Shown here one piece after another: positions 1-11,529 of a stretch of 35,868 nt of DNA; position 1 is the stretch's first letter, and each line of letters starts with the position of its first letter. The position numbers and the translations under genes were made by a program. The stretch spans positions 1 through 35,868 of the forward strand of contig JABANN010000355.1 in assembly GCA_013115125.1 (NCBI GenBank), written 5' to 3'. The DNA is from Perkinsus olseni (lineage: Eukaryota). The notes below the pieces were generated by a model. It ran no database searches. It was given only the letters and a program-made list of their open reading frames with translations, and was not told the DNA's origin.

Positions 1-2350
1 CTCGTAAAAGCTTCGTACTAACGGAGAAAGCTCACTTTTTGCGAATTGCATATCAAAAGCGAACGCACTGTACATGCATGCACTTCACCTCTTCAAAACA
101 GTGATGCTCTCTCCTAGCGTAACCGCTTGATCGGCGGTAAAGAATCCTATTGTCCCATCAGAGAGTGTGAAGTAACGACTTGCAGCTATGTCTAGCTGCA
201 ACGCCGTTCTCAACCACTCTATCGTCGTAACAGGACCAGCAGCTTGCACTTAAGTCATTTCGCCACTTTCCTTGATCTCTAACGATGCAGGTGGGGAATC
301 CGACGTGGACGTTTGCCCCTGTGCTTCGTTCTGAGACACTACGGAGCTCTTCGCTAACCTCCCCACTTTGCGAAACGGCCGATCGTATTCTCTCTCGAGA
401 ACTCTGGCACCATTGCCAGTCTTGTTGTAATAGCTCGGTCTGCGACTGTGGGACAGATGGTCGAGTGGACAGCCGGACGGGAACTGGATCTTTTGTCCTG
501 TCCTCTGCACCTTGCAGTCCTGGGTAGATGTGCGCGAGGTGCCATCACCATTGCTTGTAACTTCGTAGGTGAATGCACGGGTCACAGCATTGTTCTCCTC
601 CAAAAAGCATTCAGTAGTGGACAGCACGCCTACTAAGCCGTCTCTGCAGAAAATCTCATAACCTCCGGTGGAATCGATCTGTATGGCAAGGAAACCAGAG
701 ATGACCAAGATCCGCAGAAGACAAGACATTCGTTAAGACGCCGAGTGAAAGGGGGGAGAACTAAATACACCAAGCTTGCAAGACGCTCCGCAGGAATGAT
801 GAATCTCTGGAAGACCACGAGGCCGTCTCAGGAGGCGAATGGCTACTGCAAGTTCAGACTCTAAGATGCACGCCTAATAGCCATCAAGCGCCTCTTAGAG
901 GGCATATATTCAGCGGGCTGCCTGCCGCGGACAGGAATAATTCCCATCGCGAAGACTAGTCAGGCGATTGCAGCTACGCCAGAGCAGTGCTCCAGACTGA
1001 AAGCTCCAGTTACTATTATGTTGGCGTGCCAACCTGGGAAAACACATCCTTGTGGCATGATGCCGATGGCAATAACACTACTCTAGGAGTCATCCATCAC
1101 TGTTGAATGATTCTACTTGTTTAATCAACATTGTTGGTAGTAGCGTTACAGTAGCACCTTCCGGAAGGGTAATCCGGGAAATTGAATCATCGCCCGACGA
1201 CGCTGGGTGATACAGTATGTCGCTCGCCTAGCTAACCCGGACGGTAGTTGGGCGAATACGCAACAGTCGAAGTTCCCATCATGCATGGGTTGAGAGTGTA
1301 ACCAGGGAGTGGCTCAGCTCTGACCTGCGCTTTGACCTCCATCAGTGTTGGAGCCAGCAATCAGGAAGTAGCCTGTGTCTGCCGCCAACTAGCAGTTGGA
1401 GCTTCCAACTTGGAAGCCACCATGGCTCACCCCGGGACGAGTCAGCAGTCTGTAGTATCCTACCTCCACACCCAGGAAGCGGAGGGCTGGGTCGAGGTCG
1501 CATTGGCCATCATTACAGCCATAACCTCACGGCTGTTCCTGTGCCTAGCTCCTGGCTTATTCTCGCATCTTACTTCACAGAACTATAATAATTTTATTGC
1601 ATTCTCTTCGGTACGCACAAGCCCTTCTTGTGCTCATTGACGCTGCGTGTTTATTTTGCGCGTAGAGTTGCTACCAGGAACCTTAGCTCAGCTCGACGCT
1701 AGTGGATGACTCAATTTACTGCTGTTTAAGTTGGAAGGCATAATCTAATGAAGCCGAACTGATGTATTGATACAACTAGGTTCTCGCTGTGTACATCACG
1801 TAGTTATTAATAACGGTTATTGGTGAGAAACAGTTATTGTACAGACAGTTATGATTACTAAGCATGAGTGTGACACGGAGTCATGCGCAGATGAGACTTA
1901 AACGGATCCATGTTACACAGGATAGTAGCTTTACGAGTTGTCTTTTATAGCGAGGCGTCGCCGAAAGTGTTCGGCGAGTCAAGGTATGGTGAGTATGCCT
2001 AGTAGGTATCATCAGTTTGTGAATGAGTAGAATAGCACCCGGACAGTTACAGGTCGAGAAAACAGAACAGCGCCTTCAAGCAAGATTGGACAAAACTTCA
2101 CCGAGTACATGTAAAGACTGGCAATTGGAGTTGAGGCTGAGCTACTGTCAGCCGTGACGGCTGAGCCGCTTTCGGGCTCCATAAACAGTCGTGAGCATCA
2201 GTTGGTTTGAAAGCAGCTGATAGTTACATTGTACCGACAAACCACTGCAGGCTTCCTTCGGGCGGAGTCTGTTCCGACGGAGAATCTTCTTTTCCTTCCG
2301 ACAAATGAAACCCCAGCTCTAAACTCTAACTCAAAACCTCGCCAGATAGT

Positions 2351-5150
2351 TCAATCTTCCTTCTTCGCCATAAATTCTTTGATGCAATCATTTACGGTAA
2401 AACTTATAGCGACAGCAAGAGGGCCTTTAATCCAGTTCATAGTAACTCCTTTATACAGACCATTTCGAACACCTTCCGTCTGAGCGACGTACATCATCGA
2501 TTCAAAAACACCACGGCCGCCGAAAGCGTTATTGCCGTGCACTTGCATCCGTCGCCGTACGACTTCGAGAGGGTAAGTAGAGGTTTGCGCGACCAGTCCG
2601 GCGATCGCACCACAGGCGAGCTTGTCGAGGGTCGACCAATGATTCTTATTTTGACGAATGTAGCTCTTCAGTGTTTCGAAGCACATGAAAGATGTACCGG
2701 CATAAGGCAAAATGCCGATCAGAGACGCCCCCACCCCCGAGTAGAAACCTCGGATACCCTGGGTATCTGAGGCAGGAAATTTATATTATCCACGTAATAG
2801 GTATAATGCACGATAGAAATCTTCCTCGCACAACCGTTTTAGGAAAGAAACAGTTCGACGCGATACCTTTTCGACAGGCTTCCAACGTTTACAATCCAAA
2901 CTCTATCAGCTAACTCTGATTATCCGACGATGAGACTTCTCCATCGGCAATAAGTCTGGCGGGTCGTCATTGAACTACCGATGTTGCTGTCTCGCCAGTA
3001 GTGGTAACATAGCAAAATTGACACTTGAAAAGATCTCGCAAGTTTTATTAACGCAGCTAATCGACGCGGCTGACCCTCAATGACTTTACGATGGCGCCGT
3101 TCAGATCGGTTAGCAAAAAAATCTTACGAAAATTCACAATCATCGAAAACCGATTTCCTGAATACATCAAAAAAGTCCGAGTGGAGATGCAGTACCCTCG
3201 GCAACTCCCGAGCTAGGTAGCTTCTTTGGTGGGGAATGAGGAGCCCGGGCGAAGAATTACCAATCAATGCCATAAACAACGAGCGAACTCTCTGAGTCGA
3301 CTTACGCAGTATTTTCTTAACAGCACGCGAATACGAAGAGTACTCGCCATTAACATCAACTGCCAGACGAGATCGCAGAACCTTACACAAAACGGCGGTG
3401 GAAATATCGAATTTTCGAGCGCCCATTACATCTGCGGGATAACTAACACAAATGGCAGCCGCACCAGAGACGCTGCCACTAAAGAAACGTATCAACATCG
3501 CGGGAACATGCTGACTTATGTACGGTGAATCTGAACGATCTGGCATGAACATGAGAGTTTCAAGAGTTTCAGCTCTCGTACGGGGTAAAACAGTACTGGA
3601 GCCCTCCCTTACCTTGCAGCCTGCGGTAAAGTCTGTCGAAAACAGTAAAGTTAGTAGCAGAATAAGGCATTATACGAACCAACGTAGCGATGTGGCCCTT
3701 CCATAAACCTAGAAGAACCAACAAAAAATTCTGGGAAAATTTTCCAAAGAAATTTTCCAATTGCTGTTTTTCCGATAATTTCCACCCATTCCTCTATGAC
3801 GCATAATTTCGGGTCGTGAAAAAGGTCAATCATATTCGTACTCGAATAGGAAGAAAGTGGACGCGACCAGCGACACTGGAGAAGACGAAGATTTCCGTTT
3901 TCGGACAAAAAATGAGGCGAAACGGCTTTTACAACCCGCCCGTTTCCACACTTCCCCGTAGTACCTGACAGGCCGTCCCTTTTTTGAATGTCCAGTAGTG
4001 TGCGCCAAACATTAGACCAGCGATACTGCAGGGTGTGGCTCGCTTGGAATCTGTGGGAAACCACCACTACTGATAAGAGACGGTGAAAAAACGCTTCGCT
4101 CCGCCGCCGCTACGAAGAGATAAATAATGGAGTTGAAGGGGAGACATCCCTATTTCAGAACGGCGTGGGCGAGCGAGCCTTCGGAAGCAGATGGCCCCTA
4201 CGAGTTTCCTTCAAAGTGTTACTGAGATTTTTAACAAGAGATTGAAGAGAAGATATTTCCGTATAAATCATTCCTCAAAATTGATTACTCTTATATGGTA
4301 GTTCGGGTTCCTCGCGCCGCAAGTATCGTTCTTTAAAATGTGGCATAAACCCTTCACTTCAGTATGTGGCATTTCCTCCGTTACAATTTGTAACGGCGTA
4401 GTAGCTAGGCTAGTAGTAGGCTGTAAGCTAGTAGTTAGGAATATGTTAGTAACTTACAAACATATTCCTAACTACTAGCTAAACGCACTTAGATGGTAAA
4501 TCCTGAATCCGTCAGGCAGTACAAACTTTGAAAAAGTGCTGATTCGAGTTTATTCCTGCACGGCGAAAATGAAAATACCGGTCGGTGCCGTTGCAGCCGG
4601 TGATCGAACGTTTGTACATCCGGTGGTCCGTGCCATAAACGGCGCTCCCAGGCGCCAAGGTCGGCTGGCATGAACTGAATACTGAATTTTCGCGAAGCCG
4701 AAACCCGCAGTTCTTTCGATTTTTCCCGACGCTCCAGAGTCCCCAGAAGACCTTTCCCAACACTAACGTCGGAAAAGTGAATCGTCCGGTTTTAATTCTG
4801 AGTTCCCGAAAATTCATCGAAAATTTCCAGAAAAACCGAAATTCCGAGGCAAGGGCGGGCCCGACCGTATAACATTATCTTCACCCTTTCAAGGAGCGGC
4901 AAATTTTTCTTGCAGAACACCAGCAATCGCCCGCTGCGTACTTGAATTTCTGCGCCCAAAAAAAATCTCGAAAATTTGCGGCAAAATCCGAAATTTCGAA
5001 GAGATTGACGGTCCGAACGTATTACATTATCTTCACCCTCTCCAAGGGAGCGACTATCGTCTTTGCCGAAGCACCGGCGATCGCTCCGCTGCATGCTAAG
5101 ATGGCGTTGGACAGATTCCGGGTATCGACCAGGGGGGCCTTATCGGGCAT
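2351..5150 (-). CDS. Mitochondrial carrier family (SLC25) protein, CoA-transporter/Graves-disease-carrier-like; 6 exons (approx. 5150-5026, 4050-3965, 3708-3613, 3530-3430, 3381-3306, 2766-2351)
   Basis: The spliced product has three carrier repeats with Px[DE]xx[KR] signatures (APLERVKIIFQ, YPADVLRSRL, YPLEVVRRRMQ) followed by GLWKG, GFYSG and GLYKG segments. All introns are GT-AG and phase-compatible. The subfamily call is by resemblance only. Confidence 0.9.
4426..4480. repeat. Perfect 22-bp inverted repeat with 11-nt loop in carrier intron 1
   Basis: AGCTAGTAGTTAGGAATATGTT (4426-4447) and AACATATTCCTAACTACTAGCT (4459-4480) are exact reverse complements. Confidence 0.95.
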
Positions 5151-6323
5151 TTGTGATGAAAAAACTGTAAAAACGAAATTAGCACGATTCTCGCAAGGTA
5201 TTCGACTGGTGTGGCTGTGGAGGAAAGAGACACGGACGGGAGCTGTGGGGAGAAAGCGCACTCTGAAGAAGAATCTTTTGACGGTTTCATAATGATGATA
5301 AAGATACGCTTATGTGCAACATATTTCCAGGATATGAGAATCCAGAGGGTGTCGGTGGATGCATAGTCAAACACGAATCTGTGGTTTGATTTTACACAAC
5401 TACAGCTCCTCTCTTCCAGACGCGTTCATACCAACTTTTACTGAACGGGCAGAAGTATAGCTGAGAAGGCTACGTGCTGCTACTATACCATTAACACCCA
5501 TTGAGTTAATCCTATTGAAGTTGATTCACTCACTAGAACGTTTAGACTGGAGACTGTGTCCTCGCCATTTCTCACTGCAAGGATCCTCACCTAAGGGTGA
5601 AACCGTCGCAGTGTAGAACATGGCATGTAAGACAAAAACTAAGATTATTCTTTATATCCACACTCCTGTGGACTTGCGTTCCCATTCATCATGACCGATG
5701 AACAGCACAACTGTTCTTACGCCTAGTCGAACGGTCGCAGTCTTGTTGTCAATTAACCCCTGGCGGGAAGTCTGGGTGAGTCTACCCCCAGAAAACTCCA
5801 TCTCACTCAGACCTCACCATTCCATGTTACTCTTGTGGAATCAGTTTTAGTGATTATTCTGGACCAAGCTCAAAGACCCCTGGCCCCGCGCGGATCCTGT
5901 TCAGTGGTTGAATAACCAGCCGTGGACTCCTGCCAGGATTTTACACAACTACCGATCTTCCCGAATCACCCTCCACCCGCAACACATAGAGATCTTGTCT
6001 CCATCTCTTGTAATCAGTTTTTGCGATTTTTTCGATGAAGCCAAATTCTATCGGCATCCCTCAGCTCTGTCGATGTTCCTGCTTTGGGGTCTCTTTCACT
6101 AACCCCATAACAATAACGAATCTTGAGGTTAGAACCCTCACGGCCTCGCCAGCTCAGGTAAACTCTAAGAACGTTTCACAAGTCCCTCAACCTCAAGTGT
6201 AATACAGTATTACTAATACTCAATCAAAACTTGTATTTGGTGTCGGTACACTTGCTCTCTTGCCTACACTTGCATTTCCTCAAATACCCCCTCCCCGTGC
6301 AAATCACGTCTCCTACCATCACC

Positions 6324-7937
6324 ATGACAGCTGTTGAGGACGACGAGGGTTCGCTGGGCGACTCTGAAGGAGAGGGCCCTCCGAGACCTCATAAATGCCC
6401 GCATTGTGGCAGCAGGTAGTAGCAGGGAATGGGTTATTTTTTTTTATTTTTCCGGAATTTTTTCATCGCTTTTGGGTGAATATCAGAGAGAGAATTAATA
6501 ATTACTTTCGCTGTAGCTACCTGGATTAATCGTCACTCGCCGCGAAACTCGCCTTTCTTATACGGCTGGACCCCCCTACAGTCGAGCGGGCACAAATTTC
6601 CCGGCACAAAATTTTAGTTGATCACCTCGCCCTTGCTGAGGATGCCAGAGGTCGTCTTCATTTTTCCTTCCGGCTGATTGGCATTCCTAAGATATACTCT
6701 TCATTCTGAGATTAGTAAACCCGTGAGGGTAGTCGTTGGTTCAGACATAGCTGCTGAGCGAGCGGTCGCTTTGGCATCATAGTCAGCCCGGGAGCGCTCC
6801 TGTAGAAGCATTCGTATAGCGATGGGATGTTACGATCAGCTTCCGAACCGTAAATACACTAGGCGTGAGTCGGAGCATATCAATGGCCTGTACGCGGAAG
6901 TGGTGTGGGAAATATCCGAGGTCGAACGTGGGAAGATACAGAAATTCTCTGGTAACCGACCATGATGGAGGCACCACACGATTCGCTCCCGGTATTTTTT
7001 TAGTTTCTTCGGAAGTACTTATTATTGATTTTATGCTACTTTTTCCTGTTCGATCGATATCGTCGATTCCGCGCTACTTTTCTGTACTCAACCCACGTCA
7101 CTCCCTCCCTACTACTTTCCCCTAGGCAATCGATTTTTGCCTCCGATGATACAAAAATATTTTCTCAGGTTCCTCAAGAAGGCTCATCTTGATCGTCACG
7201 TCTCCTCAGTCCACACCGACGATCGCCCCTACCAGTGCCTGATGTGTCCGAAAACTTTCAAGCGGGCAAGCCATCTGAAACGGCATGAGGAGAACGCTCA
7301 TTCTATTGAGAAGAATGAGATTTGCGAGAAATGTGGTAAGGCGTTTGGCGGGTCGGAGCAGCTGCGGCGCCATTTGAAGCGACATCGGGTAAAGGCTGCT
7401 CACGTATCGGATACGCTGTCCGTGGCGAGTATCATGTCAAGGAAGGCGGAGCTGGTGGTTGACAAGCGGATCGAGGAGCCTTCAAAGGAGCCCGAGCATC
7501 GCTGTGAGCAATGTGGGAAGAGTTTTTCTCGGTTAAGGGGTTTGCGATTGCACATGCGGTCGAAGCATCATCGGACGAGGGGTGGCGAGGTCGTGACGGA
7601 GCTGCCGTCCTTCCCGTGCCATCTATGTGGTTTGGAATTTTCTACGGGAAGTAACAGGAATGCTCATATGAGAGTGAAGCATCCAGGAGGGACGCCGACG
7701 CAATTCAAGTGCTCGAGATGCGGGTTCGAATCCCCCTACCGACATGTTGTTGTTCGACATGAAAAAAATGTTCATGACGGCGGCGGAGCGAAGCGACGGG
7801 TCGAAAAAGAGGATTCTCCTGTGGTGAAGAAAGCGTGTCGGTTTGATACGTTTGGGAGGATGAGCGGACCGAGCTCGTTATTTATGGCGAGGATTCCGAT
7901 TGGGGTGGGCAGCGGCAGCAGCGATAGCGACGTGTAG
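6324..7937 (+). CDS. C2H2 zinc-finger protein with six fingers; exons 6324-6415 and 7169-7937
   Basis: The splice joins HKCPHCGS|RFLKKAHLDRHVSSVH into a complete finger. It is followed by a TDDRPY linker and fingers CLMC, CEKC, CEQC, CHLC and CSRC, each with a His pair. Confidence 0.88.
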
Positions 7938-8100
7938 ATAGATTTTATTGGATTATGATAAGGGTAAAAGGGCTGTACTATTTACGTTTCTTTGCAACTG
8001 GGGTGAGAGTTTTTGGTTTTATCGGCGTATCTTAGGTTGAAGCTGGTTTGTTGTATGATAGTATCTTAGGTTAAAGCGTGTTAGATATGAATCCTGTCAG

Positions 8101-8130
8101 CCATTTTTCTCTCTTTTCTACTCTTTTGAG
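8101..8130 (+). promoter_or_regulatory. Polypyrimidine tract plus AG 14 nt upstream of the DnaJ ATG; candidate spliced-leader trans-splice acceptor
   Basis: CCATTTTTCTCTCTTTTCTACTCTTTTGAG. Similar acceptors precede the carrier ATG (TTTCGTTTTTACAG, - strand, about 5165-5178) and the dCMP deaminase ATG (TTGTTTTGTTCAG-CA-ATG). Confidence 0.5.
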
Positions 8131-8144
8131 GTCGGGACGCCAGG

Positions 8145-11100
8145 ATGGGGAAGGACTACTACAGGATCCTCGGTGTCGACAGAAATGCTGGACCTCAGGA
8201 AATAAAAAAAGCGTAATAATTTCGTGGCGCGCGGGAAATATTCAAACCCGACTCCACCGTAATAGTTTCGTGGCGCGTGAAATATGTATTCTTTTCAGAT
8301 ACCGAAAACAAGCTCTTCGGTGGCACCCTGATAAAAATCCTGACAACCGTGAAACTGCAGAACACAAATTCAGAGACGTAAGCGGAAAATTTCGCCCATT
8401 TATTGTAAAATTTTTTCTCATTCTCCCTGCATCTTACCGTACGTATCCTGCGGTAACCCCAATTTTTGGCGAAACTTTTGCAATTTTCTGAAAATTTCCC
8501 AGTTTGTTCGATATTTTTTCATCATTGTCAGATAGCAGAAGCATTCGACGTGTTAAGTGACACACAGAAGAAACAAATGTACTACCACGGAATTTAGCGG
8601 AGCGAAGCGCTTTTTGGTCACAATTTTAGGTCTCATATTTTATGAAAGGAACCCAGGCATTCGCGAGATTTAGTTTCTCTCATCTTTTCGGTTAAGTTTT
8701 GGCCAATTTTTTCGACCAGATTGGTGTGCTAATTTATAGTCGGGACGTTCAGTGGAATTTTTTCCGGCTTTTCCGTCGATTTTACGGTTTTTTCCCATCA
8801 GATATGACCAATTCGGAGAAGAAGGATTGAAGGATGGCGGTCCAGGTTGTGGATTCGGACCTGGCATGTAATCGTTCGTGAATAATTTACCCATTTCAGG
8901 GCGGTCGGATTCGGTCATCAGAGTAATTCGTTATCAAAAGGTGTCGATCAGAAATTTTGATTTTTTTCTCCTTTTTCCGTACAGAAAAAACCGGGAGTTT
9001 CTTACGTCCTTAAAATTTCGAGCGATGAATTAATTTGAAGGCAAAGACGGTTGAGGCGTGCAAAAATTTCGTGCTTTTTGTTGACCACGATGTGGATACT
9101 CGTGGTTGTAGTGTCAACCAAGTTGATTTCATTATGAGTTGGAAAGTAACTATTTGTTAATGATTGGTATTCGCAGTTTTCCTGATTAAATATTTTTATT
9201 AGGAGAACTGTTTCCTGTATTTTTTGTGGCAGGTTTGGCGGGCGAGGTGGCGGTTGCCACTACAGCTTCTCTCGCGATCCGAATGATATCTTCGCGCAGA
9301 TGTTTGGAGGAGGCTTTGGCGATGGTATGTTCATGAATGGCGGAATGGACGACTTCGGTGACTCCTTCTTTGGAGGTAATCGAAAGGTCGTGGGTTCGAT
9401 CCCGGGTAGGGAGGTTTTTTGGTATTTCTTCAGGAATGAATCGACGGAATGGCTTCGGGCGCTGCGCGTCTACTCGGGCTCCGAGTCCTGAGCCGAAACA
9501 AAGCCGTAAGCTCGAAATCGATTAACTGGCCGTTTCATTTCGAGAAAATTTCGCGTGCCACGAAATTGTATTGGCACTCAGGCATTGCGGAGTTCGATTT
9601 AAAGTGCTCTCTCGAGGAGCTGTACGGAGGCAAGACGAAACGGGTTAAGGTGAGTTTGCCCGCGGGAGGTACCGGGTTCGATCCCGGCATGTGTCGTTTT
9701 AATCAGATCAAGAGATCAAGCTGCACTGTTCAAAGGCCGTCCGAGACTACGTTAGAAATTGAAGTGAAGCCCGGCTGGAAAGCTGGTAGGAACTTTTCTG
9801 ACACCTCTAGCTTTCCGCGGTTCCGGTTATGTCTGTGTGAGATTTACCAGTTCAAACTTCGAAGAATATGGAAAAATCGATAATTCTGAGGAATGTCCAA
9901 TTTCATGCGAATAATCTTTCGATCTGTTTGAAGCCACGATCGACCTACGGGTTGACGAGAGGCCGTCACGCAATTGGGGGGGAGGGCTGCGAGGAGCCTA
10001 GCCAACAAATTTTGATCGGGGCTGGTTCGTGCCTGTAGATCGCAACCAGGGTAAACGTGGTAGATAATGGTATGATAGGAATTGGCTAATGGTAGACAGC
10101 TCAGGTAGCTCAATAGTAGCGCTCGCCCTGACACAACTCATAGTCTTGTGATATAACAACCACAGGGCCCGAGACGACAACTTAGTGTTGGAAGCTGTTG
10201 ATATTTGACCAGTTAGTATGTTTAAATCAATAATATACTCGCGGAAAAAATTTACGAACTTTTGGTAAAAATTGCAGAACAAGGTTGGACTGGAAATTCA
10301 AGCGTCGGGAGGGCTCGGACATGCTCATCCGTATTTTCCTATCCATGATAGTTTTGTACATGAAAGTACAGAAATTTCCGTTTTTTTTCGAGAAAATTTT
10401 TTTTGAGGGAATCTCGTAAACGCAAGCGTAATTTCCGAGGCTTCATCACAATGTACTGATCTGGTTATAAAGCCTCTAAAGGAATTAGCACATCGATGAG
10501 AGTCCAAGGCGGTCGGACTATCAAGCGCACGCGTGGATGGCGGAACACTTTCAAGTGAGATACGTTTTTTCAGGTACGAAAATCACTTTCGGTGGCGAAG
10601 GTGATGAGCTTGGGTGCACTGGACGGTGTCAAGATGTCGCCTTTGTCATACGCGAGAAGGGACATCCTCTGTTCGAGCGTTCTGGGTAATGATAGGGGAA
10701 AAAGGCTCAGCTTAATTATTCATGTGCGAGTTTCGCGGGAATTTTCGCGCAATCTTTTGTGTAAAAATCGAATTTTGTGTTTTTTTTGTTCGAGCGTTCT
10801 GGGTAAAGGGAGGGAGAGGCTAGCGTAAACTGAGAAATTTGCTCGAATTTTTATTCGATTTTCTCGGAAAATTCTGGAAAAGGAGAATCCTGAGAAGGGG
10901 ATGTTGTGGGGGAGAATGGTGTGATTTGGGGAATTTATGGTATTGGTGTATTTTTCCTGATTTCAGATCGGATTTGATTTACAAAAGAAAATTGACGCTG
11001 AAAGAAGCTCTCACAGGTTTCGGGATGGACGTACCGACTTTGGCTGGGGCGACCAGAAGGTAACGATTTAAGAAATGGGGAAATTATTCTGATATCGGGA

Positions 11101-11287
11101 AGATCTTTTTTGCAGATTGAACGTTGATCATATGGTTAAGCCCGGTAGCCGCGAGATTCTTTACGGTGCGGGGATGCCCATCTCGAAGGAGCCCGGAAAG
11201 TTCGGGAATCTTATCGTCACTTTTGACGTGGAATTTCCGGACAATCTGAGCAGAGCGCAGATGGAGGCGTTGAAGTGTCTTCTATGA
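8145..11287 (+). CDS. Class II (DNAJB/Sis1-like) Hsp40 co-chaperone, about 11 exons
   Basis: [11 protein letters not shown]...[15 protein letters not shown] (J domain, HPD motif), then a G/F-rich region, then C-terminal [31 protein letters not shown] and [23 protein letters not shown]. No CxxCxGxG zinc-finger region. Intron phases are consistent. Confidence 0.95.
9376..9433 (+). repeat. 58-nt intron made largely of a tRNA 3'-half-like element (DnaJ)
   Basis: GTAA TCGAA AGGTC GTGGG TTCGATC CC... Confidence 0.75.
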
Positions 11288-11529
11288 TGATGATGGTATT
11301 ATTAACGGGGAAGGTTGGGTATGTGCACGCGTGCTCATACCAACTTTTCCGTAAATTACGTCACTGAAAGCATCGTTGTCGTCGTCGTCTTACTCTTGTA
11401 TGTCCGATTAAGTGGCTTCAACAACCTGTACCAATTATATTCACTTTCGTCGCGAAATTATCAAATACTCAACCACTCTGTAAAATGACCTGTCGATTAG
11501 GATAATCTAAGCTCAGTAGAAATAACGAT

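Noticed and set aside
1-1700. ORF 250-729 (-) and a faint RT-like stretch on + (IIPIAK...PVTIML, about 935-1030)
   Set aside because: No YxDD or other diagnostic motif, frames are interrupted and there is no consistent splice pattern. It may be a decayed TE but I cannot support that.
4500-4690. GC-rich intronic segment ending in CTGA as a possible C/D snoRNA
   Set aside because: No convincing C box, terminal stem or identifiable guide.
8027-8078. Short local tandem duplications (GTATCTTAGGTTRAAGC x2; also about 24806, 29513, 30333)
   Set aside because: Ordinary slippage-type duplications.
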